Origin: an uncultured Nitrospiraceae bacterium
GTDB taxonomy: Bacteria; Nitrospirota; Thermodesulfovibrionia; Thermodesulfovibrionales; UBA6898
Assembly: GCA_963811165.1 (NCBI GenBank)
Contig: CAWEQH010000008.1
Coordinates: forward strand, 320,001 to 384,000
DNA length: 64,000 nt
Direction of reading: 5' to 3'
A model generated the notes under the pieces. It was not told where the DNA came from and searched no databases. It worked only from the letters and a program-made list of their open reading frames with translations. Every line of letters begins with the position of its first letter. Within the stretch, counting starts at the first letter, position 1. Positions 49,943 to 60,229 of the stretch are shown in pieces. A program made the position numbers and the translations under genes.

Positions 49943-52321
49943 ATGAAAAAGAGGTGCTTGATGTTCAGTAGAGTAATCGGTTGTTTCATATCTGCCCTTA
50001 TCATCATGTCTATTTCGATAGATGCGGCATATTCCTCGGATGGCGGCATGTTGACTCCCGGTTCAACAACTTCTTCGCCGGATAACGCCTTGACGCGTGC
50101 GTTACTGCACGGTGTCACGGTGGCAGGTCTTTTCGCCCCGAGTACTATGAGTACGAGGAAGCCCCCCTCTGATTCTCAACCGGGAGCGCAACAACCAGCA
50201 CAACCTCAACCTGCATCTCCGCAGCAGGCAGCGCCCGCTGCTCAGCCTGCGGCGACACCATCCCCACAGCCTGAAACAGTTCAACCGGCACAGCCTCCTG
50301 TACCCGCGACGCCTGTGCCGCAGCCTGAAACAGTTCAACCGGCACAGCCTCCTGTACCCGCGACGCCTGCGCCACAGCCTGAAACAGTTCAACCGGCACA
50401 GCCTCCTGTATCCGCGACGCCTGCGCCGCAGCCTGAAACAGTTCAGCCGGCACCACCTCCATTCGCGCCCGCCACTCCGATACCGCATCCTGTTATGCCC
50501 CACGCTGTGCCGGCAAAGAGGGGTGATGTCAGTTTTAACTTTGATGACGCCGACGTCTATTCGGTGATACAGACGATATTCGGGGACGTCCTGAGGGTTA
50601 ACTACATTATAGATCCCCGCGTCAAAGGTAGGGTGAATTTCAGGTCCGTTGCTCCGGTTGCAAAAGAAGACGTGCTTCCGCTGATGGAGGTAATCCTGCG
50701 GCTTAACGGCGTCGGCATAGTGGAGGAAGGGGGGCTATACCGGATTGTGCCTATCGCGGACTTGCCCAAGGAACCGGCGCCTGTCGGTATGGGCAGGGAC
50801 CCCGAAGAAATCACTCTTACCGGGAAGGCGCGGCTTCAGGTGGTGCCTATCAAGTATATCCAGTCTACCGAGATGACGAGGATCCTGACCCCGTTTCTTT
50901 CGACGAGCGCCGTGATCGTCGATGTGCCGAAGAGCAACCATATCGTCATCATCGACACAGATGCCAATGTGAAAAGACTCCTTCAACTTGTCGATACGTT
51001 TGACAACGAAAAGCTCAAACAGGTGACCCCCAAGGTATTCGTGTACGCTGTGCAGAACAGTAAGGCGAAGGATGTCGCTGCGCTTCTGCAGCAGATTTTT
51101 CAGAAGGGGGGAGCATCGACTGCCCCAAAAACATCGACGACAACGACGTCGCAGAGGCCGCCTATCCCCGGTCAACCTACAGCTCCGACTACGCCTTCGC
51201 AACAGATATCGGTAGGAGGCCAATCTACAGGGGAGGCGCTTGTTTCGGATATCACGAGGATTATTCCGGATGAGGTCACTAATACGATCATCGTTCTCGC
51301 TACGCCGGAGGACTACGGGCTCATACTTGATACGATTCAAAAAATAGATATCATGCCGAGACAGGTCCTCATTGAGGCACTGATAGTAGATATAACCTTA
51401 ACGGATAATCTGAGTTTCGGACTTTCATGGTCAATGAATACCGATCTTAAGCTGACCGGCTTGAAACCCTTTAAGAATCCATTGGACCTTACGGGTCCGG
51501 GGTCCATGGCGTCAGTCAATGCCGGCAACCTTTCATCGACTCCATCTGACAAAGGGTTTACCTTTATAGGTCATGACCCCTCTGGAAACGTGAGGGCCGT
51601 GCTCTCGGCCCTTGATGACCGGTCGAGGGGAAAAGTGGTGGCGGCGCCCCACATCCTTGTGTCGGATAATCGCGAGGCGAGGATCCAGGTGGGGCAACAG
51701 ATTCCCATTGCCACTTCAACTTCTTCTACGCCTATTGCTTCAACGGTGACTCCTGGTACGACCACAACTGCTATTCCCGTTGTGGGCACTTCCACAATCC
51801 AGTATAAAGATATCGGAATTATCCTTAAAGTAAAGCCTCAGGTGAACGATAGCGGGCTAATCGCCCTTGAGCTGTCCCAGGAGATTTCCTCGATTAGTGC
51901 TAAACCGGTAACAGTTGGGGGGCTGGACGAGGTCAGTATCGACAAGACAGAGGCGACTTCAAATCTGGTTGCGCGCGACGGCGAAACGATCATTATCGGG
52001 GGCCTTATAAGGGAAGATACGTCTCATGGGACAACGGGGTTTCCATTTCTGAGTAGAATCCCTATTATCGGGGCACTCTTTGGGACTACGGAAGATACCG
52101 CCACAAGGAAAGAAACGATTATCCTGCTCACGCCCCATGTTATCAGAAACCAGCAGGAGGCAAAGAGTGTCACGTCAGAATTTGCCGACCGGTATAAGAA
52201 TGCTACCAAGGACAACGAGCTGGACAAGTTCATCCAAGGTGGAGGCCGGAAGCAGGGGCCCGAAAAGGAACAACCGAAGGAACAGCCTATAGAGCCTGTT
52301 CCTAATTCAAGGCAGAACTGA
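49943..52321 (+). CDS. gspD: Type II secretion secretin GspD with a Pro/Gln-rich N-terminal extension
   Basis: N0 FNFDDADV, N-domains, PRQVLIEALIV, DNREARIQVGQQIP, GIILKVKPQVN, IIIGGLI, IPIIGALFG, LTPHVI. Confidence 0.9.
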   Translation: MKKRCLMFSRVIGCFISALIIMSISIDAAYSSDGGMLTPGSTTSSPDNALTRALLHGVTVAGLFAPSTMSTRKPPSDSQPGAQQPAQPQPASPQQAAPAAQPAATPSPQPETVQPAQPPVPATPVPQPETVQPAQPPVPATPAPQPETVQPAQPPVSATPAPQPETVQPAPPPFAPATPIPHPVMPHAVPAKRGDVSFNFDDADVYSVIQTIFGDVLRVNYIIDPRVKGRVNFRSVAPVAKEDVLPLMEVILRLNGVGIVEEGGLYRIVPIADLPKEPAPVGMGRDPEEITLTGKARLQVVPIKYIQSTEMTRILTPFLSTSAVIVDVPKSNHIVIIDTDANVKRLLQLVDTFDNEKLKQVTPKVFVYAVQNSKAKDVAALLQQIFQKGGASTAPKTSTTTTSQRPPIPGQPTAPTTPSQQISVGGQSTGEALVSDITRIIPDEVTNTIIVLATPEDYGLILDTIQKIDIMPRQVLIEALIVDITLTDNLSFGLSWSMNTDLKLTGLKPFKNPLDLTGPGSMASVNAGNLSSTPSDKGFTFIGHDPSGNVRAVLSALDDRSRGKVVAAPHILVSDNREARIQVGQQIPIATSTSSTPIASTVTPGTTTTAIPVVGTSTIQYKDIGIILKVKPQVNDSGLIALELSQEISSISAKPVTVGGLDEVSIDKTEATSNLVARDGETIIIGGLIREDTSHGTTGFPFLSRIPIIGALFGTTEDTATRKETIILLTPHVIRNQQEAKSVTSEFADRYKNATKDNELDKFIQGGGRKQGPEKEQPKEQPIEPVPNSRQN
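50267..50462 (+). repeat. 54-bp in-frame tandem repeat, about 3.6 copies (QPETVQPAQPPVPATPAP)
   Basis: Units start at 50267, 50321, 50375 and 50429 (CAGCCTGAAACAGTTCA...). Confidence 0.95.
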
Positions 52322-52493
52322 CCGAGGACGCGGAGCGCCGTATCAGGCTGGAAAAAGTGTGGAGCGTTACTGTACATTAAGAAACACAGCCTGTGTGCAT
52401 AGCGACACACCGGTTGGCAAAACAATAAATATAGTATGCAGTAAAAACGGTGAGTTACGATGCCATAATTGACCAGGAGAATGATGAAAGTCA

Positions 52494-52509
52494 TGGCATA
52501 TTTATTGCA
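52494..52509 (+). promoter_or_regulatory. Putative sigma54 promoter
   Basis: TGGCATA-TTTA-TTGCA. Confidence 0.6.
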
Positions 52510-52573
52510 AGAAATAGTTAAACAATAATTTGTGTAATATATACCGACGGGATTGAAAATTTTTAAAAAAAAC

Positions 52574-52602
52574 TTGACAGGAAAAAATATTGATAATATC
52601 TT
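52574..52602 (+). promoter_or_regulatory. Putative sigma70 promoter
   Basis: TTGACA-N17-TATCTT with an A-rich upstream element. Confidence 0.55.
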
Positions 52603-52654
52603 ATACGAAGATGCACGCCGTATGACGCGGGAGAACAGATTTGCGCTGACAACG

Positions 52655-53090
52655 ATGGGGCAAAAGTTTATTTATATCGCATTTTTTTTCTTGATTATTT
52701 TTTCAGGATGTTCTATAAAAGAGGCAACAAAAAATGGATCGGATGGAGGGGAATTGAGGGAACGGGTCTGCCACGTACTGGCAACTTAAGGTAAAAGAGG
52801 ACTTTGTGAAGAGTTACGAATATGAGGCCCCTAATTACAGGAAACAGACAAACATGATAAATTATCTTAAGGGCATCAACACCGATGTAGTGAAATATTT
52901 GGCAGCGACCCCGGGCGACGTGAAGCTCGACGGGGACTCGGCGCGTGTCAAGGTGCAAGTGAGGGTCAGGGTAAAGCTGCCTCAGATGAAGAGCGATGAA
53001 TACAGCACTCTTCTTACGGAGAAGTGGGTTAAAGTTGATGGCGTATGGTATCATGTCCCCGCGGGTATCAGACCGCGCGGCGTGAAATAA
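52655..53090 (+). CDS. Small lipoprotein (NTF2-like fold suspected), frameshifted
   Basis: Lipobox IFSGC; ELRERV continues in another frame as YWQLKVKEDFVKSYEY...EKWVKVDGVWYH. Confidence 0.6.
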
Positions 53091-53234
53091 ATGGCGGTAG
53101 TTTTTTGTATAAAGTTGGTCAAAAAAACCAGGAAAGAAGGAGGTGATGGAGGGCACAGAGCTTAGCCGTTTTATATAAAGATTTTCAAGATTCTGATTTA
53201 ATCAGAGGAATATTATTAAAAAGGAGGAAAGTAA

Positions 53235-54606
53235 ATGTTTAAGAAAGCAGTTTTTCTTGCGTTCATTCTCATGGCATTAAGCTTCGGCTCGGCCTTTGCG
53301 ATCAGATAGACTCAATGGCTTCGAGCAGTGGCGCCTGTGCCGCCAACCCAGCTCTTCGTCAATCCGGGCGGTCTGGGCGATGCCTTATCTACGGGTATTA
53401 TAACGTCGAGGAGCCAGGATCAGATTTCTTCACAATCACCAACACAAGCGCAGTCATTGGTGCCAGGGTGAGGCTCAGGTTCAGAGAGGCGGCTACACTG
53501 ACCCAGGTAACGGGGTCTGCCATGTCAGTGGTAACGGAAGCCAGGAAGTACTCGACTTCGACATATGCCTGAGCAAAAATGACATGTGGTCCGGCCAGCT
53601 GGTGGCCAATTCCACAGGCACCACGCTCATCGGTCGTGACAATGATACGTTTGTACAGGTCGGTGACAATACTGCAACCGATATAGGCATTTTCACCACG
53701 ATGTTTCCTTCCGGCGTTGCCTTCAAGTTTGGTGCGGACAACCTGAACATCACAGGCGATCAGACCAGAGAAGGCTATTTCGAGATCATCCAAGAAGATC
53801 AGATGGATGAGAACTGCAATCAACCCACGGCCGATGATCCTAAGCCTTCTAATCCATGCACATGCGGCAATCAGCGGGATCTTCGGACTCCAATAGAAAA
53901 CGTCCTGATGGGGCATACATACATTGTCAATACGGCCACAACCTCGATCTTCTCTTATGCCGCAACCGCTCTTGCCGATTTTGACGCTTCAGGTTTAGTA
54001 TTCACGATCAATTCCAACAGGCCGAACCTTAAGGACGACAGCGAGGACGGAACTATTACTCCGGTTAACTATGCGCTGACCAAGTCACAGATCATGGCTA
54101 TCTATGATATCCAGTCCTCTATCGACGGCAAGGCTGGCCTGATAGTTACCTTCCCGACAAAGTGGGCGACACATATCGACACTTTCACCGCCGGTAAGTG
54201 TGATGCGGCCCCTTCGGATATCTTTGATGACACGTCCGTAAAGGTGACGATATGGGACGACGCGGAAAATGCTCCTACCGTTACCTGTCAGTTCTCGCCT
54301 TGCACCACCCCGACGCCTGTTGATCTTCCTAATGAAGTCAACCTCGTCGATATTAATTCAAGCGGGATCTTTACCTCTGACGGGATTGTTCCTGTTGCGA
54401 CGGCATTTGATTTTGGCTGGATCAACATAGACCTCGTCAATAATGGTTCCGCATCTACTCCTGTTAGCCCGGCTCATTTTACAACGTTCCAAGGGCAAAC
54501 TACGAACGGTCTCCCGGCCATCGGTTATTCAGTTGAGACATTTGCCGGCGGAAGTTTCTCCGGGTTGGTTCCGCTTCAGTACACAACTAACGTAACCGTA
54601 GAATAA
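53235..54606 (+). CDS. Candidate S-layer/major cell-surface protein, frameshifted near its 5' end
   Basis: Strong RBS AAGGAGG, signal peptide MFKKAVFL..SAFA; motifs VNPGGLGDA, IYGYYNV, RLRFRE, SQEVLDFDICLSKNDMW, VTFPTK, FGWINI, GLPAIG; acidic and Thr/Asp-rich; own terminator. Confidence 0.6.
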
Positions 54607-54627
54607 TATTCTGCCTCTTATTTTCGT

Positions 54628-54661
54628 GAAAGGGAGGACCTTCGGGCCCTCCCTTTTTTTT
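54628..54661 (+). terminator. Rho-independent terminator
   Basis: AAAGGGAGGACC-TTCG-GGCCCTCCCTTTTTTTT. Confidence 0.85.
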
Positions 54662-54921
54662 GACCCGCAGCAACTTGACGGTTTTTCGACCCCGGCTGAC
54701 CTACTCCGGCAGCAAATTGACAGAAAATGTCTGCATCTCAAACGCTAAAATGAACCTTCAATCTGGACAACGCATCTTCCCGAAAGCCCCGGCAGATACC
54801 TCTTCCCAATTTATAACTAATTATTGCGGCCTTAAAACGCGTTGCAAACCATAAGACATCGCTTTCAGCAGATGTACACACATCAGGACGATAATTCGCA
54901 GAGAATTTGTTATAAGACCCC

Positions 54922-54945
54922 GTAGGGGCGTGATTCATCACGCCC
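54922..54945. repeat. GTAG-type REP palindrome
   Basis: GTAG-GGGCGTGA-TTCA-TCACGCCC: a tetranucleotide foot plus a perfect 8-bp stem; single copy in the window. Confidence 0.55.
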
Positions 54946-54981
54946 TTTTTATCTGACATGGTGATTCAAATCACTGAAAAA

Positions 54982-54997
54982 TGGCATGAAAAGTGCA
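54982..54997 (+). promoter_or_regulatory. Putative sigma54 promoter
   Basis: TGGCATG-AAAA-GTGCA (GG-N10-GC) upstream of the Cys-repeat surface protein. Confidence 0.5.
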
Positions 54998-55232
54998 ATA
55001 TTAATTTGAGAAAAGGTTAAAATAATTTAATCGAAATCGCCGTGTCAGGTGTGTTAAAATAAAATGCGTCTTATTTTAAAGCGAGAAATTAGGGATAATT
55101 TATTGATTAGCTTAAGAAACTCAGGAGGTGTAGGTTATGAAGGGCAGGAGCAAAACAATTTTTGGAGATGAGGAACCCGCTTTTTTTAAGTTGGGGATGA
55201 GTAATACAATCCGTGAAGTGCGGGAGGTCAAG

Positions 55233-56713
55233 ATGGGCATCGCGAAAACTTTTATGAGAAGAGCGGGAATGGGGATTATTGTAGTTTTTGCTCTTTTGGT
55301 AGGTAGTGCGGTAAGCTGGGGTGATACAACTATTTATGTGTATCAGCAGCTAGCAGTGGCGCATTGACGATAAAGGCAATCGATTGCGATGGAAATAAAG
55401 CGACGCCGACGCAGACTGTCGCAATTCCGAACTCGTGTTTTACCCCGACTTTATTCTGGGATTCCGCTGTCCGGCGCGCTGAGACTCAATGGATTTGATT
55501 CTCTTAACAATCCCAGCTGGACAGGGACAATTGATGCCACCGGTGTGTTTACAACCACAATGGCCCCTCCCCTCCCAACGGTAACTGTAGCTCAGTTTCA
55601 GCTACCGTTGAAGCCTCTGTAGTGAATGCGGCGTTCCCTGACAAAATACCGTGCACGGGCTACACATGGACCGCGTGTTCTGGCGGCGTCATGACGAGAA
55701 CCGGTGCTACCCCACCGGGGTGTGTTTCGGACCAGCCGACGATGTTGTCCTGCGTGTCAGCCTGTACCAGTTGGACTTATGGTTCCTGGACGCCGGCATC
55801 ATGCGCCGCCGGAACCATCCAGTCCAGAACGGCAACTGGAATTCCATCAGGTTGCGTCGGACTGCCTGACGCACTAACGGTGCAGAGTTGCCCTCCACAG
55901 GCCTGCACGGGTTACAATTATACTTTAGGAACGTGTCAGTCAAACAATACGGCTCCCGTTGTTAGCTATGCTGGTGTGCCGGCGGGTTGTTCAGGCGGAG
56001 CTACGCCGGCAACAACCCAACCCTGCGTCTTTAGTGCGCCGACCTGCACGAGTTTTACGTATTCTGCATGGTCGCCCTCGGAAACTTCGTGCACTGCAGG
56101 ACAGACCCTGACGAGGTCAGTTTTAACAAGTTCACCTACTCCCTGTAACGGAGGCAACCCTGTTACGACGGAGGCTTGCCCTGTTACTCCCGGCGGCGCT
56201 ACCGCATTAAAGATCAATGATACAGCATCGAAATGGACCGTACCCGCGGGCGGCACTTATTTATTCAGCGCCACATTACCCAGCGCCTGTACAACAACGT
56301 CTAAACAGCTCAGGTTTAGCGTTACCGGGCAACAGACTTCTCCGAACGTAGATATAGTAATTAAGAAAGGGTCTGCGCCAACGCGTGCTGATTATCAGAA
56401 TTTATTTAGCATATCGGGTATCACTGCCGGTCAGTACACCGACTGCGTAAAGGTTACCGGCACCAACTACTGTAACGGAACTGGAACATTCTTCTGGAAC
56501 TTTTCCGGCACCGGCTCCGGTGAAACCACAATTGCTTATGCGGACTATAGTCTTACCCCTCCGGCCGGGTCCGCAAAGAGGTGGCTCAATGCTCCTATCA
56601 ACGCCTATGCCTCGGTCCCGAATTTCAGTCAGGCGGGCACGTATTATATGTTGCTCGTCAATACGAGCTCTAAAACGTCGACGCTTGTGAATGCTGCATT
56701 TTACTGTTACTGA
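55233..56713 (+). CDS. Secreted Cys/Thr-rich protein with four thrombospondin-like repeats and a PPC-like C-terminal domain, frameshifted in the 5' part
   Basis: RBS GGAGG + signal peptide (..AVSWG-D); four CT[G/S]xxx..C..C..C repeats; C-terminal YLFSATLP..LRFSV..VDIVIKKGSAPT..GTYYMLL. Confidence 0.65.
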
Positions 56714-56732
56714 CGACCACGGCAGGACTGAT

Positions 56733-56766
56733 AAAAGAGGGGCATTCACTGCCCCTCTTTTTTTTG
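56733..56766. terminator. Terminator (probably bidirectional) between convergent genes
   Basis: AAAAGAGGGGCA-TTCAC-TGCCCCTCTTTTTTTT. Confidence 0.85.
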
Positions 56767-56901
56767 ACGCTTGCCCAAAGGAATATGCCCTTGCTAAACA
56801 AAAAAATGTAATCCCCTGCCATAAGAATTTTTGGTGCAATGATTGCCACGCATTATTACGATGATTTACGCATTATCCGGAGCAACGGGTGGACTGTGTC
56901 T

Positions 56902-57909
56902 TTAACGGGAGTGGTCTTTGAAAGAACGGACTATCTTCTCGTAGAGATGTTTACGGGACGTGCCTTCAGGGAGAAAGGTATCTCTCACCCCGTAGTATTT
57001 TTTCGCAAGTTTTTGGAAAAGGCCGGTTTCAAGCTGACGGAGATGATTTCCGAGAACGGCAACGCTCTCCTCCCTTTGTTTTAGATCGAAGGCGAGTTTT
57101 TCTATCATCTTGTCTTTTTCGGCACTCTTTTCTTCAATCATTCTTACTTCTTGCAAAAGGGTGTCTGCAACCCGGAGATTATCGAGCAAACGGTCCTCCA
57201 AAGAGGGAACGTGCAGGTCATTTGAGAACCACGTTATCACCTCTGCCAGCGTCGGCGGCGCAGCAGGCATCCAGAATGCCTCGTAATAAGAATCCCGAAG
57301 GGTAAAGAGCGACCTTGACCTGTTGAGACCTAAGTTGGAAGCTATAAAGGTCTCCTCTTTCTTGAGCATGCTGTAATGATAGCGCATAAGGGCCTTTTTC
57401 TTTATCTCTATCACAGGGCCTATATCGACAAGGACATTGAACCTGACCGGATTATATATCTCGTAGAAGGCAAGCAGCAGGCCGGGAAATCCCCGCGACG
57501 CCTCTATGCAGGCGAGTGCTGTTTCCCTATGGTCGGGGTGTATTTCCACAGGCGCCGGGACGAAGACAATCTGGGGTTTCAGATCGGCGAAAAGTCCCGC
57601 AAGCCGCGACCTGACAGAGTCTCCGTGTTCCGAAAACTTTCCGTCCGGCAAGTCCAGACAAACGAGCGCATGCGCGCCGAGGATCCTTACTGCGTCCTCA
57701 CATTCCTTTCTCCTTAGCTCGCCTCTGTTGTCCTCGGGAATGTTTACCGCTTCCCCGCGCGAAAGGGCGACAACGGTAAACTGAATCTTGCCCGAATAAA
57801 GGGCTATAGTGCCGCCGCAGCCGAGTGACTCGTCATCCGGATGAGGCGCCAGGACCAAGGCCCTGTCGATGTCCGGGAGTCCCAGGGTGAAGTCCGTCAA
57901 TTGAGACAT
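56902..57909 (-). CDS. PIG-L family de-N-acetylase with a C-terminal coiled coil
   Basis: APHPDDESLGCGG, RRKE, HPDH; heptad tail. Confidence 0.88.
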   Translation of the reverse strand: MSQLTDFTLGLPDIDRALVLAPHPDDESLGCGGTIALYSGKIQFTVVALSRGEAVNIPEDNRGELRRKECEDAVRILGAHALVCLDLPDGKFSEHGDSVRSRLAGLFADLKPQIVFVPAPVEIHPDHRETALACIEASRGFPGLLLAFYEIYNPVRFNVLVDIGPVIEIKKKALMRYHYSMLKKEETFIASNLGLNRSRSLFTLRDSYYEAFWMPAAPPTLAEVITWFSNDLHVPSLEDRLLDNLRVADTLLQEVRMIEEKSAEKDKMIEKLAFDLKQREESVAVLGNHLRQLETGLFQKLAKKYYGVRDTFLPEGTSRKHLYEKIVRSFKDHSR

Positions 57910-58988
57910 AAGACCCTCCTCATGCGTTCCCTCCAGATGCCGATATCGTAATGTGCCACTATAATGTCCCTGCCCCTCTCTGAGACCATCCGGTATAAGG
58001 TAGCGTCTGAAAGCAGCCGGTCAATGGCACGCATGATCGCACGAATAATATCTTCGGGGCCGCGGCCGGGGAGAGGGACCGACAGCGCCGAAAAAGGCTC
58101 CTTCGAATACAGATCTGCGAGAAAGCCCACAGGCGTCCCTATCACCGGCAGCCCGCACGCCATCGCCTCGGCAGCCGCTAACCCGAAACCCTCGTACCTA
58201 GACGGAAAGACCATGAAATCAGAAAGACTGTATAGTTCTTTCAAGCGCGCCCGATCAAGCCCCGAAAATGAGCGGTGCCGTCCGCTGTCTGCCGGAGGAG
58301 GGTCCCCGCCGGAAGGGGAAGCAATAATCCAGAACAATCCCGGCGTCCCCTCCATCAGCCGCTCCATGATGTCCCTTCCCTTTGGAAGTTCCCACCGGCC
58401 GACAAAAAGTCCGACCCTTTCAGTATGCGGAATTCCGTAAAGACTCCGTAGGCCCCTCCGGTCGGCGAGTCTGCGGAAAAAATGCGTATCCACCGGATTG
58501 GCTACAACAGAGACGTCTGTGAGACCGTAATATTTCTTAAGTTCGGACCCTACATGGTCGCTGACCGCGATGAGCCTTGCCCCGGCGGCGGAGGCCTGTT
58601 CAAGCAGCTCCCCGACGATATATTTGATCTCAAGATATGAACTTAAGGGCAGGAGTCCCTTGAGTGCATCGGCATACCCGCCATGGGTCGAATGGAATAT
58701 CACGAACGTCCCGAGCCTCTTCGGGAAATACCCGCCGCCATAGTAGCCGTTTGATATGATGAATTCGTACTTATCAGACGGGCGGTTGAGAAGACTTCTT
58801 CCGGCCGCGTATACCTGTCCGATGAAAGGGTTGTGCAGCCCGCACGTATTTCCGAATTCAGAGGCGCAGATAACATCCGTCTTAATATGTGAAGATTCAA
58901 TCAGATCAATGAGGGCATTGGTGAAAGTCTCAATCCCGCCGGTGCAAGTGAAAGGGTTAAATCCTGTAAGTACAAGTGCCTTTTTCAT
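57897..58988 (-). CDS. Glycosyltransferase family 4
   Basis: GGIET, FVGR..KG, PSRYEGFGLAAAEAMACGLPV. Confidence 0.9.
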   Translation of the reverse strand: MKKALVLTGFNPFTCTGGIETFTNALIDLIESSHIKTDVICASEFGNTCGLHNPFIGQVYAAGRSLLNRPSDKYEFIISNGYYGGGYFPKRLGTFVIFHSTHGGYADALKGLLPLSSYLEIKYIVGELLEQASAAGARLIAVSDHVGSELKKYYGLTDVSVVANPVDTHFFRRLADRRGLRSLYGIPHTERVGLFVGRWELPKGRDIMERLMEGTPGLFWIIASPSGGDPPPADSGRHRSFSGLDRARLKELYSLSDFMVFPSRYEGFGLAAAEAMACGLPVIGTPVGFLADLYSKEPFSALSVPLPGRGPEDIIRAIMRAIDRLLSDATLYRMVSERGRDIIVAHYDIGIWRERMRRVLCLN

Positions 58989-59263
58989 AAGAAAACTCTT
59001 TTCTCTTTTTCAATTTTCTCATCGAAGAGCATACACAGTGCGTCATATGACAAAACGCAATTATTCAATCCTCTCTATTTTACAGGATAAAGAAACTCTA
59101 GACTATAGCGCCTCTCATTCAGGCACCCCTTATCCCCCGGGAACCACTAACATTAAAGCACACCGGACAGCGACAGGTCTATTTTCAATGCAATAGCCGA
59201 CCACCTTTTAGTTGCCTTTGGTTATGAACAAATGCTGACTGGGAGAGAGGCGGAAGTTGCCTT

Positions 59264-60082
59264 TTACTGCCGATAACCTGAGTTCGTTTTTCCGAATTCA
59301 GCAAGTTCAATTTGAAAGTCGTGCCCTGCACTTCGGATATTTTCATTGAAGATTTCCAGACAATATTGATATAGTTCTATGTCCAGCCGGTAATATTCTT
59401 TGATCGCCTTCTCGACATCGCTGCTGACCTGATCGCGGGTAACGCGGATGGACGGGGTGACGTTCTCCCGAACGTAATAGCAAGACGACCAGCCCAGCTT
59501 CTTTTTGAAAAGCAGAATGGATTCGTCGAAGCGCTCTGTAATACCCACGGCCGCACATTTACGCACGTTCTCTTTGGCGAGTTCCAATGCGTTCTGCGGC
59601 AAAGGACCCGACAACGTAAGGTTCTCCCAGTTCACACAGCCGCTAAGCATCCGGGTATACAGATTAGCCAGGCCAGATTGCGCCCGCATCTCCACATACT
59701 GGAGAAGCGACATGCCTTTTTCATTAACCTCTCTGTAGTGGGTATGCTCGGGAGTGCTCATAGTAAAATTATAATCGGAAATGGCCCTCGCGACAGGCTC
59801 GCGCAACATCGAAATATACCGGACCTGACTTCCCAGCCATTGCCCGATACCGAATGGAACGTGCCCTTTCACACACCGGATCTCCGCCCGCTCGGCCTCG
59901 GACAGCGATCGTAAGCGATCAATCGAGTCCTGGACTCTTTCAATGCCGTTTCCGTCGATGTCGAAAGTCTTTTGGCCCCCGTATTGGCGATCAAGAATGC
60001 GCTGCAGTGTGCTGCCGGCGGCCTTCGGCATGTGAATAAAAACCAACGTATAAGAACTGATAAGAAATTGCTCTTTCAGCAT
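59264..60082 (-). CDS. Sulfotransferase family 2 protein
   Basis: FIHMPKAAGST (5'-PSB), LREPVARAIS (3'-PB), VGITERFDES, LDIELY. Confidence 0.85.
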   Translation of the reverse strand: MLKEQFLISSYTLVFIHMPKAAGSTLQRILDRQYGGQKTFDIDGNGIERVQDSIDRLRSLSEAERAEIRCVKGHVPFGIGQWLGSQVRYISMLREPVARAISDYNFTMSTPEHTHYREVNEKGMSLLQYVEMRAQSGLANLYTRMLSGCVNWENLTLSGPLPQNALELAKENVRKCAAVGITERFDESILLFKKKLGWSSCYYVRENVTPSIRVTRDQVSSDVEKAIKEYYRLDIELYQYCLEIFNENIRSAGHDFQIELAEFGKTNSGYRQ

Positions 60083-60229
60083 TAAAGTAAAATAGCACGA
60101 GAAATGAGAACGTGTCAATCCAAACGGACGATTTTGTCATCGCACCCCCCTTGCATTTCGAGGACCTTTACGGGTGCGGATATGTAGATAAAACAGACGC
60201 AAAAATTGTATGATTATACTAACCGCAAG

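Noticed and set aside
50267..50462. Regularly spaced repeats as a possible CRISPR array
   Set aside because: The units are contiguous, in-frame 54-mers with no unique spacers, lie inside gspD, and no cas genes are present.
54700..54760. GCAAA...GAAA hairpin resembling a c-di-GMP-I riboswitch
   Set aside because: It lacks the GACGCAAAGC junction and a convincing second stem, and is far from the next start codon.
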